Assembly (NCBI GenBank): GCA_022451045.1
Contig: JAKUOW010000003.1
Location: forward strand, 6,224-70,223
From: Pirellulales bacterium
GTDB lineage: Bacteria; Planctomycetota; Planctomycetia; Pirellulales; Pirellulaceae
Direction of reading: 5' to 3'
DNA: 64,000 nt
The translations under genes and the position numbers were made by a program. The notes under the pieces were generated by a model. That model had not been told where the DNA came from. It was given only the letters and a program-made list of their open reading frames with translations, and ran no database searches. This document shows positions 55,506-64,000 of this stretch, piece by piece (within the stretch, counting starts at the first letter, position 1; each line of letters opens with the position of its first letter).

Positions 55506-57227
55506 ATGAAACGTCTGCCGTTATTCAGCGCTATTCTCACTTTCATTCTTCTTTTTGTGAGTGGCCTGCAGGCTGCAAAACCTAACGTGGTTTTGATCAT
55601 TACGGATGATCAGGGGTATGGAGACGTTGGAGTTCATGGAAATGAGATGATCCAAACTCCTTCTCTGGATGCCTTGTATAAGCAGAGTGTGCACCTAACG
55701 GATTTCCACGTAGATCCAACATGTAGTCCGACCCGGAGTGCGTTGATGAGCGGTCGGTATTCAACTCGCACTGGAGTCTGGCACACCATTATGGGGCGTT
55801 CTCTCATGAGCACACACGAGTGGACGGTGGCTGAGGTCTTTCAGGCGAACGGTTATCAAACAGGAATGTTTGGTAAGTGGCATCTTGGTGACAACTACCC
55901 ACTACGACCGCTTGATCAAGGATTCTCATTTGCCTTCAATCACGGGGGTGGTGGAGTAGGTCAGGGTCCGGATTATTGGGGAAATGACTACTTTGATGAC
56001 ACGTATTGGCGTAATGCTAAACCGGAGGCAACAGAAGGTTATTGCACTGACGTTTGGTTTGATAATGCAATCGACTATATCCGCGAACATAAAGACGAGC
56101 CGTTTTTTGTGTACCTGTCGACGAATGCTCCTCACGGACCTTACCTGGTAGACGAGAAATACTCCAAGCCATACGAGGAAAAAGGTGTTGCACAGCCGAT
56201 GGCCAACTTCTACGGCATGATTACCAACATCGACGAAAACGTGGGCCGACTCGACAAAGAGCTACACGATCTGGGTTTGGCCAATAACACGATTCTCATC
56301 TTCATGACGGATAATGGTTCGGCAGCGGGTTGGCGGGCGCCCAAAAATGCAAAATGGCCCGGCTTTAATAGTGGTATGCGTGGTGGAAAAGGATCCGAAT
56401 ATGACGGTGGACACCGTGTGCCATTTTTCATCCGCTGGCCTGACGGAAAGCTGGAAGGCGGTCGCGACGTCAATCAGCTATCCGCACATATTGATGTACT
56501 TCCAACACTCACAGACCTATGCGACATAAAAGACAAGGCATCGAAGTCTCGCGATGGAGTAAGCCTGGCACGTGCGCTTGCTGGTAATAACAAAGTGCTG
56601 CAAGATCGCACAATCCTAGTGCACTCTCAACGAGTCGAATACCCACAAAAGCTACGTAAGTGCAGCGTGATGACGTCGCAATGGCGGCTCGTAAATGGCA
56701 AAGAGTTGTTCGACATTAAGGCAGACCCCGGCCAGCAACAGGATGTGAGTGAAGAGCATCCGGAAGTTGTTAAACAGCTACAGCAGGAATACGAGAATTG
56801 GTGGACAGGCCTGTCCACCGTTTTTGATGACTTCGTCAGGATAGGACTTGGGAGCCATGATGAACCAGAGTCGCTTCTCCATTCACATGATTGGCACACG
56901 ACCGGCAATAGTACTCCCTGGCACCAAAACCACGTACGCAATGGAACCATGGGTACCGGTTACTGGGCTGTGGACGTTACCGCGTCAGGTAAATATCAGA
57001 TCGAGTTGCGACGTTGGCCAAGACAGGAAGAGAAACCACTAGAGGCCATAAAGGCATCGATAAAGATTGGTGATTACAGTAAAGAGGTCGAAGTCGCGGC
57101 GGATCAGGTTAAGGTAGTTTTTGAGGTGGAACTGCCTAAGGGTCCGGCAGATTTGGAGAGCTTGTTCACACTTGAAAATGGTAAGCAACGCGGTGCTTAC
57201 TTTGCATATATTCGTCGTATCGACTAG
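55506..57227 (+). CDS. arylsulfatase (Cys-type, formylglycine-dependent)
   Basis: It has a signal peptide, DDQGYGDVGVHGN and the FGly motif CSPTRSALMSGRY. Confidence 0.9.
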   Translation: MKRLPLFSAILTFILLFVSGLQAAKPNVVLIITDDQGYGDVGVHGNEMIQTPSLDALYKQSVHLTDFHVDPTCSPTRSALMSGRYSTRTGVWHTIMGRSLMSTHEWTVAEVFQANGYQTGMFGKWHLGDNYPLRPLDQGFSFAFNHGGGGVGQGPDYWGNDYFDDTYWRNAKPEATEGYCTDVWFDNAIDYIREHKDEPFFVYLSTNAPHGPYLVDEKYSKPYEEKGVAQPMANFYGMITNIDENVGRLDKELHDLGLANNTILIFMTDNGSAAGWRAPKNAKWPGFNSGMRGGKGSEYDGGHRVPFFIRWPDGKLEGGRDVNQLSAHIDVLPTLTDLCDIKDKASKSRDGVSLARALAGNNKVLQDRTILVHSQRVEYPQKLRKCSVMTSQWRLVNGKELFDIKADPGQQQDVSEEHPEVVKQLQQEYENWWTGLSTVFDDFVRIGLGSHDEPESLLHSHDWHTTGNSTPWHQNHVRNGTMGTGYWAVDVTASGKYQIELRRWPRQEEKPLEAIKASIKIGDYSKEVEVAADQVKVVFEVELPKGPADLESLFTLENGKQRGAYFAYIRRID

Positions 57228-57511
57228 ATGGGTCAGCTCTTTCTACACCGTCAATTGCGAGCCAGGCGTAGGGTTATAAGGAATTTACGGGCGCGGGTAG
57301 CGGCACGGCTATAATTCTGTGCTATCTTAGCTAAATTACCCAATCGTTAAATATTCACAGAGTGTTGATAGTAATTAATCTAAAAGCTATCAGCCGTGTA
57401 CGCTGTTTTACAAAGCACGACAATTCAACAGGCACTTATGCATTGATTGCACGGGTCGCCAACTCAATTAATCCGAACGACTCCACATTGTGGACGGAGG
57501 TAAAGCGGAAG

Positions 57512-60400
57512 ATGATGCGTCTTACCAGAACACTTGTACTTGTCATTGCAGTTCTAATCTCACCAAGCATCCAAGCTCAGGATGCTCCGTCGCCACCAAA
57601 ACCCGAATTTCCACCGTTTACGGAAGTTCTAAAGGGATATGACAAAGTCGTATCGACTGCTGATGGTGTAAGGAGCTTATACACGTTGTACGTCCGCAAA
57701 AAGGATAACCAGATTTTTGCTGAGCTTCCTCCAAATTACATGGCGAAGAAGTACTTCATTGCATTAACGCAGGCTAGTGGTGACAAACGTGCCGGGTTAC
57801 AGGGGAATGATCAACTGGTGTACTGGCGACGGTATGACAAAAAACTGGCGTTGATAGCACCTGAATTAGATATTCGCTCCAGTGGTGAACCGGAATCGGT
57901 ATCATCCATCAAGAGACTCTTTACCGACTCAGTAATTCTAAACGTACCAATTGTCACAATCGGGCCAGGTGGTGGACCTATCATCGATCTTGACTACTTG
58001 CTCGTCGGCAAGGCGACGAAGTTCTTTGGCCTAAGTGCGATCAATCGCGAGCATGTTGGAATTTTCGCTATTCAGGTTGCCAAGGCATTTCCGGAGAACA
58101 TCGAAGTAGCATTTGAGATTCCCTCGGCGAGTGGCAAGCTGCAGTCACTTCACTACAGCATTAGTGAGTTGCCGATGAAGTCAACTTATAAACCACGTAA
58201 AGCAGATGCACGAGTTGGATACTTCACAACGATCTATAGTGACTATGGAAAATACTCGGATGATGAAACCAATGTGCGTTTTATCAACCGCTGGCATCTT
58301 GAGAAACGGGATCCATCGCTAAAGGTGAGTCCACCGAAAAACCCAATTGTTTTCTATATCGAACACACAACACCAGTTCGTTATCGACGATGGGTTCGAG
58401 AAGGTGTGTTGTACTGGAATGACGCGTTTGAAAAGGTCGGAATCTCAAATGCGATTGAGGTTTACTATCAGGACGCTCAAACAGGTGCACACATGGACAA
58501 GGATCCAGAAGATGTTCGCTATAACTTTGTGCGTTGGTTAAATAATGATGAAGGGACAGCAATTGGTCCGAGTCGTGTTAATCCGATGACTGGCGAGATT
58601 TTAGATGCGGATATTATCCTTACGGATGGCTGGATCCGCTATTTCGAATATGAATTCGACAAACTACTTCCAAAGATCGCGATGGAAGGCTACAGCGCTG
58701 AAACTTTGGCCTGGCTAGCCAAACACCCAGACTGGGATCCTCGTGTAAGATTTGCTCATCCTGGTGACCGCGAACGCGTACGTCGGGAATTAGTCGAGAA
58801 GGCTCAACTGCCATTTAGCGGGCACCCGTTTGCAACTGTCGATAACACTCTCTTAGGTGACGACAAGTATGACGGGTTGGTTGGTCGCGTTAGCCAGATC
58901 AATGGTGGTTGCATGGCGGCTGAAGGTTTATCGATGGACGTTGCCATGATGCGGATGATGTATTCCATGCAATTCAATCGAGCTCTTCAGGAAGAAGCAA
59001 AAGAGGGCGATGACGCTGATAAAGACGACGAAAAGGAAGAAAAGCAGGAGAAGGAAGAGAAGGAAGAGAAGCCCGAAGTGGTCATTATTGACGGTATGCC
59101 TGAATCATATATCGGGCCACAGCTAGCTCACGTTGTCGCTCACGAAGTTGGGCACACGATTGGTCTTCGTCACAACTTCAAGGCATCATCTGTCTACTCC
59201 CTAGACGAAGTTAATTCAAAGGATGCACATGGCAAACCAAATGCTGGAAGTGTAATGGACTACGTCGGAACTAACTTCCGAGTTGAAGCTGGTGATGCTC
59301 AAGGTGACTACAACATGATTGGACTTGGACCATATGACTATTGGGCAGTGGAATATGGCTATTCATTTACAAACGACCTTTCTTCGATACTCAAGCGTGT
59401 AAACGAACCGGAGTTAGCTTATGCAACGGACGAAGATCTCGATGGTCCGGATCCTCTCGCACGCATTTACGATTTCGGAAAAGAGCCCATCAAATATGCG
59501 AATGAAAGAGTGAAGCTTGCAAATTTACATCGAGGCCATCTCACTGACCACTTTGTAGGTAAAGGCGAAAGCTGGGGCAAAGCACGTCGTGGTTACGAGA
59601 TAACACTTGGTATGCAATCACGTGCGATCAGCATGATGGCCAACTGGCTTGGTGGTATTCACGTTGTCCGTGATAAGAAAGGTGACCCAGGTGATCGTGC
59701 TCCGCTTACGGTTGTTTCAGCTGAAAAGCAGCGTGAAGCACTGAAATTCATTATCGATAATGCATTCCAAGATTCAGCCTATGGATTGAGCCCGGAGATT
59801 CTAAAGTACATGTCGGTTGAAAAGTGGTCTGGCGAATCGCGTCGGAGTTACGCACGTGACTATGACTGGCCAATTCATGACCGTGTCATGGCTATTCAGG
59901 CATCAGCTTTGACGTCAGTGCTTACACCAACAACATTGCGACGCGTCTTTGATAACGAGCTTCGTGTTCCAGAAGATGAAGATGCGTTCACATTACCGGA
60001 ATTACTCGACACGGTAACAGCCGGAATCTGGGGTGAGTTAGATGCAGAAGTCGCAGAGAAAGGTACGGCACGTAAGCCGACAATCTCCAGCCTTCGCAGA
60101 AACCTTCAGCGTGAACATGTGAAACGCCTGATTGATCTCTCCATGGCTAGTCGTGGAAGCAATGAGTCATTCAAGCCGATTTCAAATCTGTCACGTGCTC
60201 AATTGCGAGCGATTGCTGCTAAGGTTGCAACCTATGTTGAGAATAACGGAGAGAATCTTGATCCGTATACGTCCGCTCACATGGTTGAACTTGGTGAACA
60301 GATCGAAAAAGCACTGGATGCCAATTACATCTACAACACTGATAAGATTGGTGGCGGCGGTGGTGGATTTAGCCTGTTCTTTGCCGAAACCGGTGAATAA
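57512..60400 (+). CDS. large secreted zinc-dependent metalloprotease (DUF4953/DUF5117-type)
   Basis: It carries HEXXH as VAHEVGHTIGLRHNF. The start is ATG 57512 (MMRLTRTLVLVIAVL signal), preceded by GGAGG. Confidence 0.8.
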   Translation: MMRLTRTLVLVIAVLISPSIQAQDAPSPPKPEFPPFTEVLKGYDKVVSTADGVRSLYTLYVRKKDNQIFAELPPNYMAKKYFIALTQASGDKRAGLQGNDQLVYWRRYDKKLALIAPELDIRSSGEPESVSSIKRLFTDSVILNVPIVTIGPGGGPIIDLDYLLVGKATKFFGLSAINREHVGIFAIQVAKAFPENIEVAFEIPSASGKLQSLHYSISELPMKSTYKPRKADARVGYFTTIYSDYGKYSDDETNVRFINRWHLEKRDPSLKVSPPKNPIVFYIEHTTPVRYRRWVREGVLYWNDAFEKVGISNAIEVYYQDAQTGAHMDKDPEDVRYNFVRWLNNDEGTAIGPSRVNPMTGEILDADIILTDGWIRYFEYEFDKLLPKIAMEGYSAETLAWLAKHPDWDPRVRFAHPGDRERVRRELVEKAQLPFSGHPFATVDNTLLGDDKYDGLVGRVSQINGGCMAAEGLSMDVAMMRMMYSMQFNRALQEEAKEGDDADKDDEKEEKQEKEEKEEKPEVVIIDGMPESYIGPQLAHVVAHEVGHTIGLRHNFKASSVYSLDEVNSKDAHGKPNAGSVMDYVGTNFRVEAGDAQGDYNMIGLGPYDYWAVEYGYSFTNDLSSILKRVNEPELAYATDEDLDGPDPLARIYDFGKEPIKYANERVKLANLHRGHLTDHFVGKGESWGKARRGYEITLGMQSRAISMMANWLGGIHVVRDKKGDPGDRAPLTVVSAEKQREALKFIIDNAFQDSAYGLSPEILKYMSVEKWSGESRRSYARDYDWPIHDRVMAIQASALTSVLTPTTLRRVFDNELRVPEDEDAFTLPELLDTVTAGIWGELDAEVAEKGTARKPTISSLRRNLQREHVKRLIDLSMASRGSNESFKPISNLSRAQLRAIAAKVATYVENNGENLDPYTSAHMVELGEQIEKALDANYIYNTDKIGGGGGGFSLFFAETGE

Positions 60401-60451
60401 CACTTATTACAAACTGGCCTAATGATACGGCCTAAAAGTCAGGCATAGCAA

Positions 60452-60488
60452 AAGGGCCATCCGGTATTCCGGATGGCCCTTCTTTTTC
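60452..60488. terminator. bidirectional rho-independent terminator between convergent genes
   Basis: A perfect 13-bp stem AAGGGCCATCCGG / CCGGATGGCCCTT has a 4-nt loop, with an A-run before it and CTTTTTC after it. Confidence 0.85.
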
Positions 60489-60517
60489 AGCAGGATCGGT
60501 CTTGGGATTGACGTGGA

Positions 60518-61294
60518 TTACGCCGCAAATTCTCCACGCCTGTCACCGAGTTGCCCCTGCAGTCGCTGAACGAGGCTACTGTGCATTTGGCTCACCCGGC
60601 TTTCACTCAGGTCAAGCGTTGCACCAATCTCTTTCATAGTCATTTCTTCATAGTAATAGAGGATGATAATTAGCCGTTCGTTACGGTTGAGTCCTTTAGT
60701 TACCAGTCGCAGCAGATCATATTTCTGACCACGTGTGGTGGGATCTTCGCCCTTCTTATCATCGAGAATATCAATTTCGCTGACATCCTTTTCACTGTCT
60801 GTCTGATACCACTTTTTATTTAGGCTGATCAGGCTAACAGCGTTCGCATCCCGCATCATCTTTTCAAGTTCGGGAACGGTAAGTTCCATGAACTCGGCCA
60901 GTTCCTGTGGAGTTGCCGGTCGTCCCAGCTTATCTTCCATTTTTTTCGTTGCGGTATTGAGCTTGGTCGCTTTACTTCGCACCAGGCGTGGAACCCAGTC
61001 CATACTTCTCAGTTCATCGAGCATGGCTCCTCGGATACGCGGCACGCAATAGGTTTCGAATTTAACGCCACGCGTTAAATCGAATGCGTCAATCGCATCC
61101 ATGAGTCCAAACACTCCGGCAGAGATCAGGTCATCGAGCTCCACACCATCTGGAAGTCTAGCCCATACCCGTTCACCGTGATATTTCACTAGCGGATGAT
61201 ATTGAGTCATCAACCGGTTGCGCAATTCAGTGGTGGGCTTTGTCTTGTAGCTCTTCCAGAGCTTAAGAACCTCTTCAGGTACCTTAGATGCCAT
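60518..61294 (-). CDS. fliA: FliA/WhiG-type (sigma-28) RNA polymerase sigma factor
   Basis: RIRGAMLDELRSMDWVPR and LYYYEEMTMKEIGATLDLSESRVSQMHS align closely with FliA. The ATG at 61294 is preceded by GGAGGA. Confidence 0.8.
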   Translation of the reverse strand: MASKVPEEVLKLWKSYKTKPTTELRNRLMTQYHPLVKYHGERVWARLPDGVELDDLISAGVFGLMDAIDAFDLTRGVKFETYCVPRIRGAMLDELRSMDWVPRLVRSKATKLNTATKKMEDKLGRPATPQELAEFMELTVPELEKMMRDANAVSLISLNKKWYQTDSEKDVSEIDILDDKKGEDPTTRGQKYDLLRLVTKGLNRNERLIIILYYYEEMTMKEIGATLDLSESRVSQMHSSLVQRLQGQLGDRRGEFAA

Positions 61295-61664
61295 ACATTC
61301 CTCCATGACAGACAGGCGTACAATTATCATGCAGCCGTCTGGCTCCCCAGACGTCGCGGTGTGCGCGCACCGGAGACGCTCTCCGTGTACACGATCTTTA
61401 ATACTTTTTGCCTGCCGTTGCGCGTCACGGAGTAGCTGATGTCTGCGATTGACCCAAAATTGCAGACGGTGAACGCATCTTCCGTAGATAAGTTGTTCAC
61501 GGTATGTGTGAAGTACCGTAGGTATGCGAATCGACCTAGAACGCCGACTTGGTTAGAGATTATCGGGATTTTTCAGAAATCAGTTACGTGCACAAACACC
61601 AAGCGGCAGAATTCATCAGCAGTGATCTATAAAACCGCTGTAAAACGCGAGTAAGTTCAGTGGC

Positions 61665-62963
61665 TTAGACAAATAAGTCACGTACAGGAGTGCCCATATC
61701 TGTTGTCGGGATAGGGCGATCATCATCAAATACTAGCTTCCTTGGATTAATTCCAAGGGCAAAGTGCATGGACGCATGAAGGTCAGGAACGGAAACAGGC
61801 TGTTCAAGTGTTTTCATGCCAAGCTCATCTGTGACACCAATGGTGCGCCCATTTTGGAGTCCGCCTCCGGCTAAGACAGTACTAAAACATTTGGAGTGGT
61901 GGCCACGTCCACCACCACCATCAAATGCAGCCGGTCGACCGAATTCAGTGGCAACACAAATCAGCGTCTTATCCAGTAGTTTCTTACTTTCCAGATCCAT
62001 AACGAGGGACGAGAGTGCACTATCGAGCTCACGAATTAGCAGGTGCTGAGCATCTTGACCGGCGTTATGAGTGTCCCATCCAGTCCCATTTACGAAGTTT
62101 AGATTATGTGAAACCTCGATAAACCTCACACCACGCTCGACAAGTCTACGGGACAATAAGCATCGTTGTCCGAACTCACCACCATATTGTTCACGAAGCG
62201 CGTCAGGTTCATTTTCCAACTTGAATGCGGACATGAAGTCTGGGCTAGCGAGCTTGAGTGCCTGGCCGATAGCGCCGTCATATTGCTGGATCACCTTTGA
62301 CGGTTGCTTATTCAGGAACGAATCTCGAAGAGCTTTAAGTGCATCTTCACGTCGCTTCTGTCGTTGATTAGTGATAGTAGCTGGACGTGCCAAACCACTT
62401 GGACCCTCTCTCGTATCAGTTAGATATACAAAACCGTGTTTGGACCCAAGGAATCCAGCATTTCTTGAAACGGTTGGGTAACCGATTAAGACATACGGTG
62501 GTGCCGATTCATTCACTGCCCCTTTGTGATACGTCATCAGTGATCCGATCGAGGGGTATGTAACCGTACCTGAGACATGTCGTCCGGTGTGCATCATGTT
62601 GGTAGCAATGGCGTGCTCATCAATAAGTTCGTGATACGTAGTGCGGACGATGTTCATGCGATCTAAGACCGATGCGCATTTTTCCAGATGTTCACATACT
62701 TGTGTGCCATCGACGGCGGTATCAATTGCAGCATAGTCTGATCCGGGTTTTCTGGTTGCAGGGTCTCCCTGCCGCTTGGGATCCCAGGTATCGATGTGAC
62801 AGGCACCTCCACCAAGCCAAATCATAATGCAGTGTTCAGCCTTCCCCGGAGCGAAGCCAAAAGGCGACTCTTCCTGAGCCTGCGACACGTCGAGTGCAGC
62901 AAGTGCTCCTGCTGCGCCTGCGGTAGCCATAAACTGTCGCCTGGATGGATTAGTGATTGTCAC
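61665..62963 (-). CDS. DUF1501 domain protein (Tat-exported)
   Basis: It has the Tat motif SRRQFMATAGAAGALAAL and is paralogous to the other three DUF1501 genes. Confidence 0.85.
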   Translation of the reverse strand: MTITNPSRRQFMATAGAAGALAALDVSQAQEESPFGFAPGKAEHCIMIWLGGGACHIDTWDPKRQGDPATRKPGSDYAAIDTAVDGTQVCEHLEKCASVLDRMNIVRTTYHELIDEHAIATNMMHTGRHVSGTVTYPSIGSLMTYHKGAVNESAPPYVLIGYPTVSRNAGFLGSKHGFVYLTDTREGPSGLARPATITNQRQKRREDALKALRDSFLNKQPSKVIQQYDGAIGQALKLASPDFMSAFKLENEPDALREQYGGEFGQRCLLSRRLVERGVRFIEVSHNLNFVNGTGWDTHNAGQDAQHLLIRELDSALSSLVMDLESKKLLDKTLICVATEFGRPAAFDGGGGRGHHSKCFSTVLAGGGLQNGRTIGVTDELGMKTLEQPVSVPDLHASMHFALGINPRKLVFDDDRPIPTTDMGTPVRDLFV

Positions 62964-62975
62964 GTTGTATTCCCA

Positions 62976-64000
62976 TTAGGGTGAAAAGACAAACTCGGGT
63001 GAATTGTATAAGGCCCAAACCAGATCTTCCATTTGAGTCCGCCATGGAGGATTCAGCTCAGGAGTTGGCTTTGGTCCGGCCTTTACGTATTTACGAAGCT
63101 CGAGCTTTACTGAGTTCGCATCTTTACTATTGTGATTGGACCACGAGATTAAATTTCTAGGTGCTGGATCCGGATAGACCATCTCCTCTCGTTCTGTCGA
63201 CGTTAACTCAACAACACGGGATTCAAACCCATCAGCAACAAGCGTTGAGATAAGGTCACGTTCTGCGATTGAAGGTGTCCGTCCAAGGATGTGCTGGAAT
63301 GTTGAATCGAGCAATTCATTTACAGTCTCAGACTGCAGAGCAATTCTAGTAAAGTTACTGTCCACCGTTAGCGTTGTAATCTGTTGGGCGAGGATTCCAT
63401 TATGCAGGATTGCCGGTTGAAGCACATTCATTTCATCTTGCCGCTGGCTAATCGGGCTTTGGCGAGCGCCGTTCCAGCCAAATAGCTCCATCACTGTTAC
63501 GAAGGGTTGGGCGAAGGGCAGGGTCAGGCTAGGACGGTCGCGTTCGTTGGATGTGTCCGAGAATTGCCAGGCTCGTCTTGGAAACCCGAGGTGCAACGAG
63601 TTGGTCACACGTCGAGCGCCGTCGATATCCACGCTCATGGCACCAGCATCAAATGGTTGACCACTGCTGCTAAACAGTGAATCTACGAGTTGCTCAGCGC
63701 TCAATCGCCTTGTAACCGGTCCTGCAAACAGTGAGTGGCCGTCTTCATCCATTACAAGGTCGGTGCTGGTTCGCTGGTATAAATCTGATACGAATATGGT
63801 TCGAGCAAGATGTTTGAGATCATATCCGTTTCCAGCAAGTTCTCTTGCCAGGAAGTCTAGCAAGTGGGGGTGACTGCTGCTGGAGTCCTGCCAATCATCA
63901 ATTGGTTCCCGCAGACCATAACCAATAAGCTTTTTCCACATCCGATTTACGATCACCTGGCTGAACCGAATATTCAGTGGTTGAGTGATAAGTCGTGCAA
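62976..64000 (-). CDS. DUF1553 (PSD1) domain protein, C-terminal part; gene starts beyond the window
   Basis: The frame stays open to position 64000. The motif QVIVNRMWKKLIGYGL matches RVxVNRxWxxxFGxGLV in the paralogs. The gap to the DUF1501 gene is 12 nt. Confidence 0.8.
   Translation of the reverse strand, partial: ARLITQPLNIRFSQVIVNRMWKKLIGYGLREPIDDWQDSSSSHPHLLDFLARELAGNGYDLKHLARTIFVSDLYQRTSTDLVMDEDGHSLFAGPVTRRLSAEQLVDSLFSSSGQPFDAGAMSVDIDGARRVTNSLHLGFPRRAWQFSDTSNERDRPSLTLPFAQPFVTVMELFGWNGARQSPISQRQDEMNVLQPAILHNGILAQQITTLTVDSNFTRIALQSETVNELLDSTFQHILGRTPSIAERDLISTLVADGFESRVVELTSTEREEMVYPDPAPRNLISWSNHNSKDANSVKLELRKYVKAGPKPTPELNPPWRTQMEDLVWALYNSPEFVFSP

Noticed and set aside
58991-59077. GAGAAGGAA-type tandem repeats inside the metalloprotease gene
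   Set aside because: They encode an in-frame acidic K/E/D-rich linker (EEAKEGDDADKDDEKEEKQEKEEKEEKPE). This is low-complexity coding sequence, not a separate repeat element.
61439-61654. 71-aa plus-strand ORF, and the 79-aa ORF at 61196-61435
   Set aside because: The 71-aa ORF lies in the intergenic leader between two minus-strand genes, and the 79-aa ORF runs partly antisense to the fliA-type gene. Neither has an RBS, and their composition does not look protein-like.
1-64000. Search for tRNA, rRNA, CRISPR arrays, transposases, integrases, toxin-antitoxin pairs or known defence systems
   Set aside because: I found no T-loop (GGTTCGAATCC-like) contexts outside coding sequence. There are no regularly spaced direct repeats with spacers and no DDE, tyrosine or serine recombinase motifs. 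Without tools I cannot exclude small or divergent elements.

Overview
Dense chromosomal segment with about 52 protein-coding genes, mostly on the minus strand. I found no rRNA, tRNA, CRISPR array, transposase, integrase or prophage signature by eye. The gene content looks like a planctomycete (Pirellulales-like) chromosome, but that taxonomic call is inference only. It rests on four DUF1549/DUF1553 + DUF1501 gene pairs with twin-arginine signals, a DUF1080 fusion, a Cys-type sulfatase, exported beta-helix proteins and a DUF4953-type metalloprotease.

Recognisable blocks:
- lpxK 3' end, SDR, LPS-type GT2, acyl-CoA-dehydrogenase-like gene and cysC (1-3845).
- bcp, divergent from a DUF1080/PQQ-dehydrogenase fusion.
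- DUF1553/DUF1501 operons at 7849-12839, 14418-18184, 34160-39304 and 61665-64000.
- A complete pstS-pstC-pstA-pstB-pstB-phoU-phoB operon with a convergent phoR (25619-33821).
- A minus-strand sugar-acid/fucose-type catabolic cluster (45269-50835).
- An envelope/proteostasis stress cluster: HtrA-like protease, Spy/CpxP-like protein, two Hsp20 genes and a YugP-type Zn peptidase.
- An arylsulfatase, a large Zn metalloprotease and a FliA-type sigma factor.

Most interesting observations:
1. A single 1061-aa ORF fuses all three components of the uncharacterised AmmeMemoRadiSam system (radical SAM + AMMECR1 + Memo). It also carries an unassigned ~210-aa domain.
2. A 15-bp palindrome family (CATRGAC-W-GTCYATG and a half-site variant) occurs in pairs or triplets at three intergenic loci. 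Each time it sits next to a sigma-54-type GG-N10-GC element, upstream of the hsp20 pair, a DUF1553-DUF1501-WD40 operon and the DUF1080/PQQ-dehydrogenase gene.
3. The two tandem PstB ATPases carry complementary degenerate motifs, which predicts one consensus and one degenerate ATP site.
4. An in-frame TAA splits a UxaE-like gene.

All functional calls come from motif recognition by eye. No database search was run.
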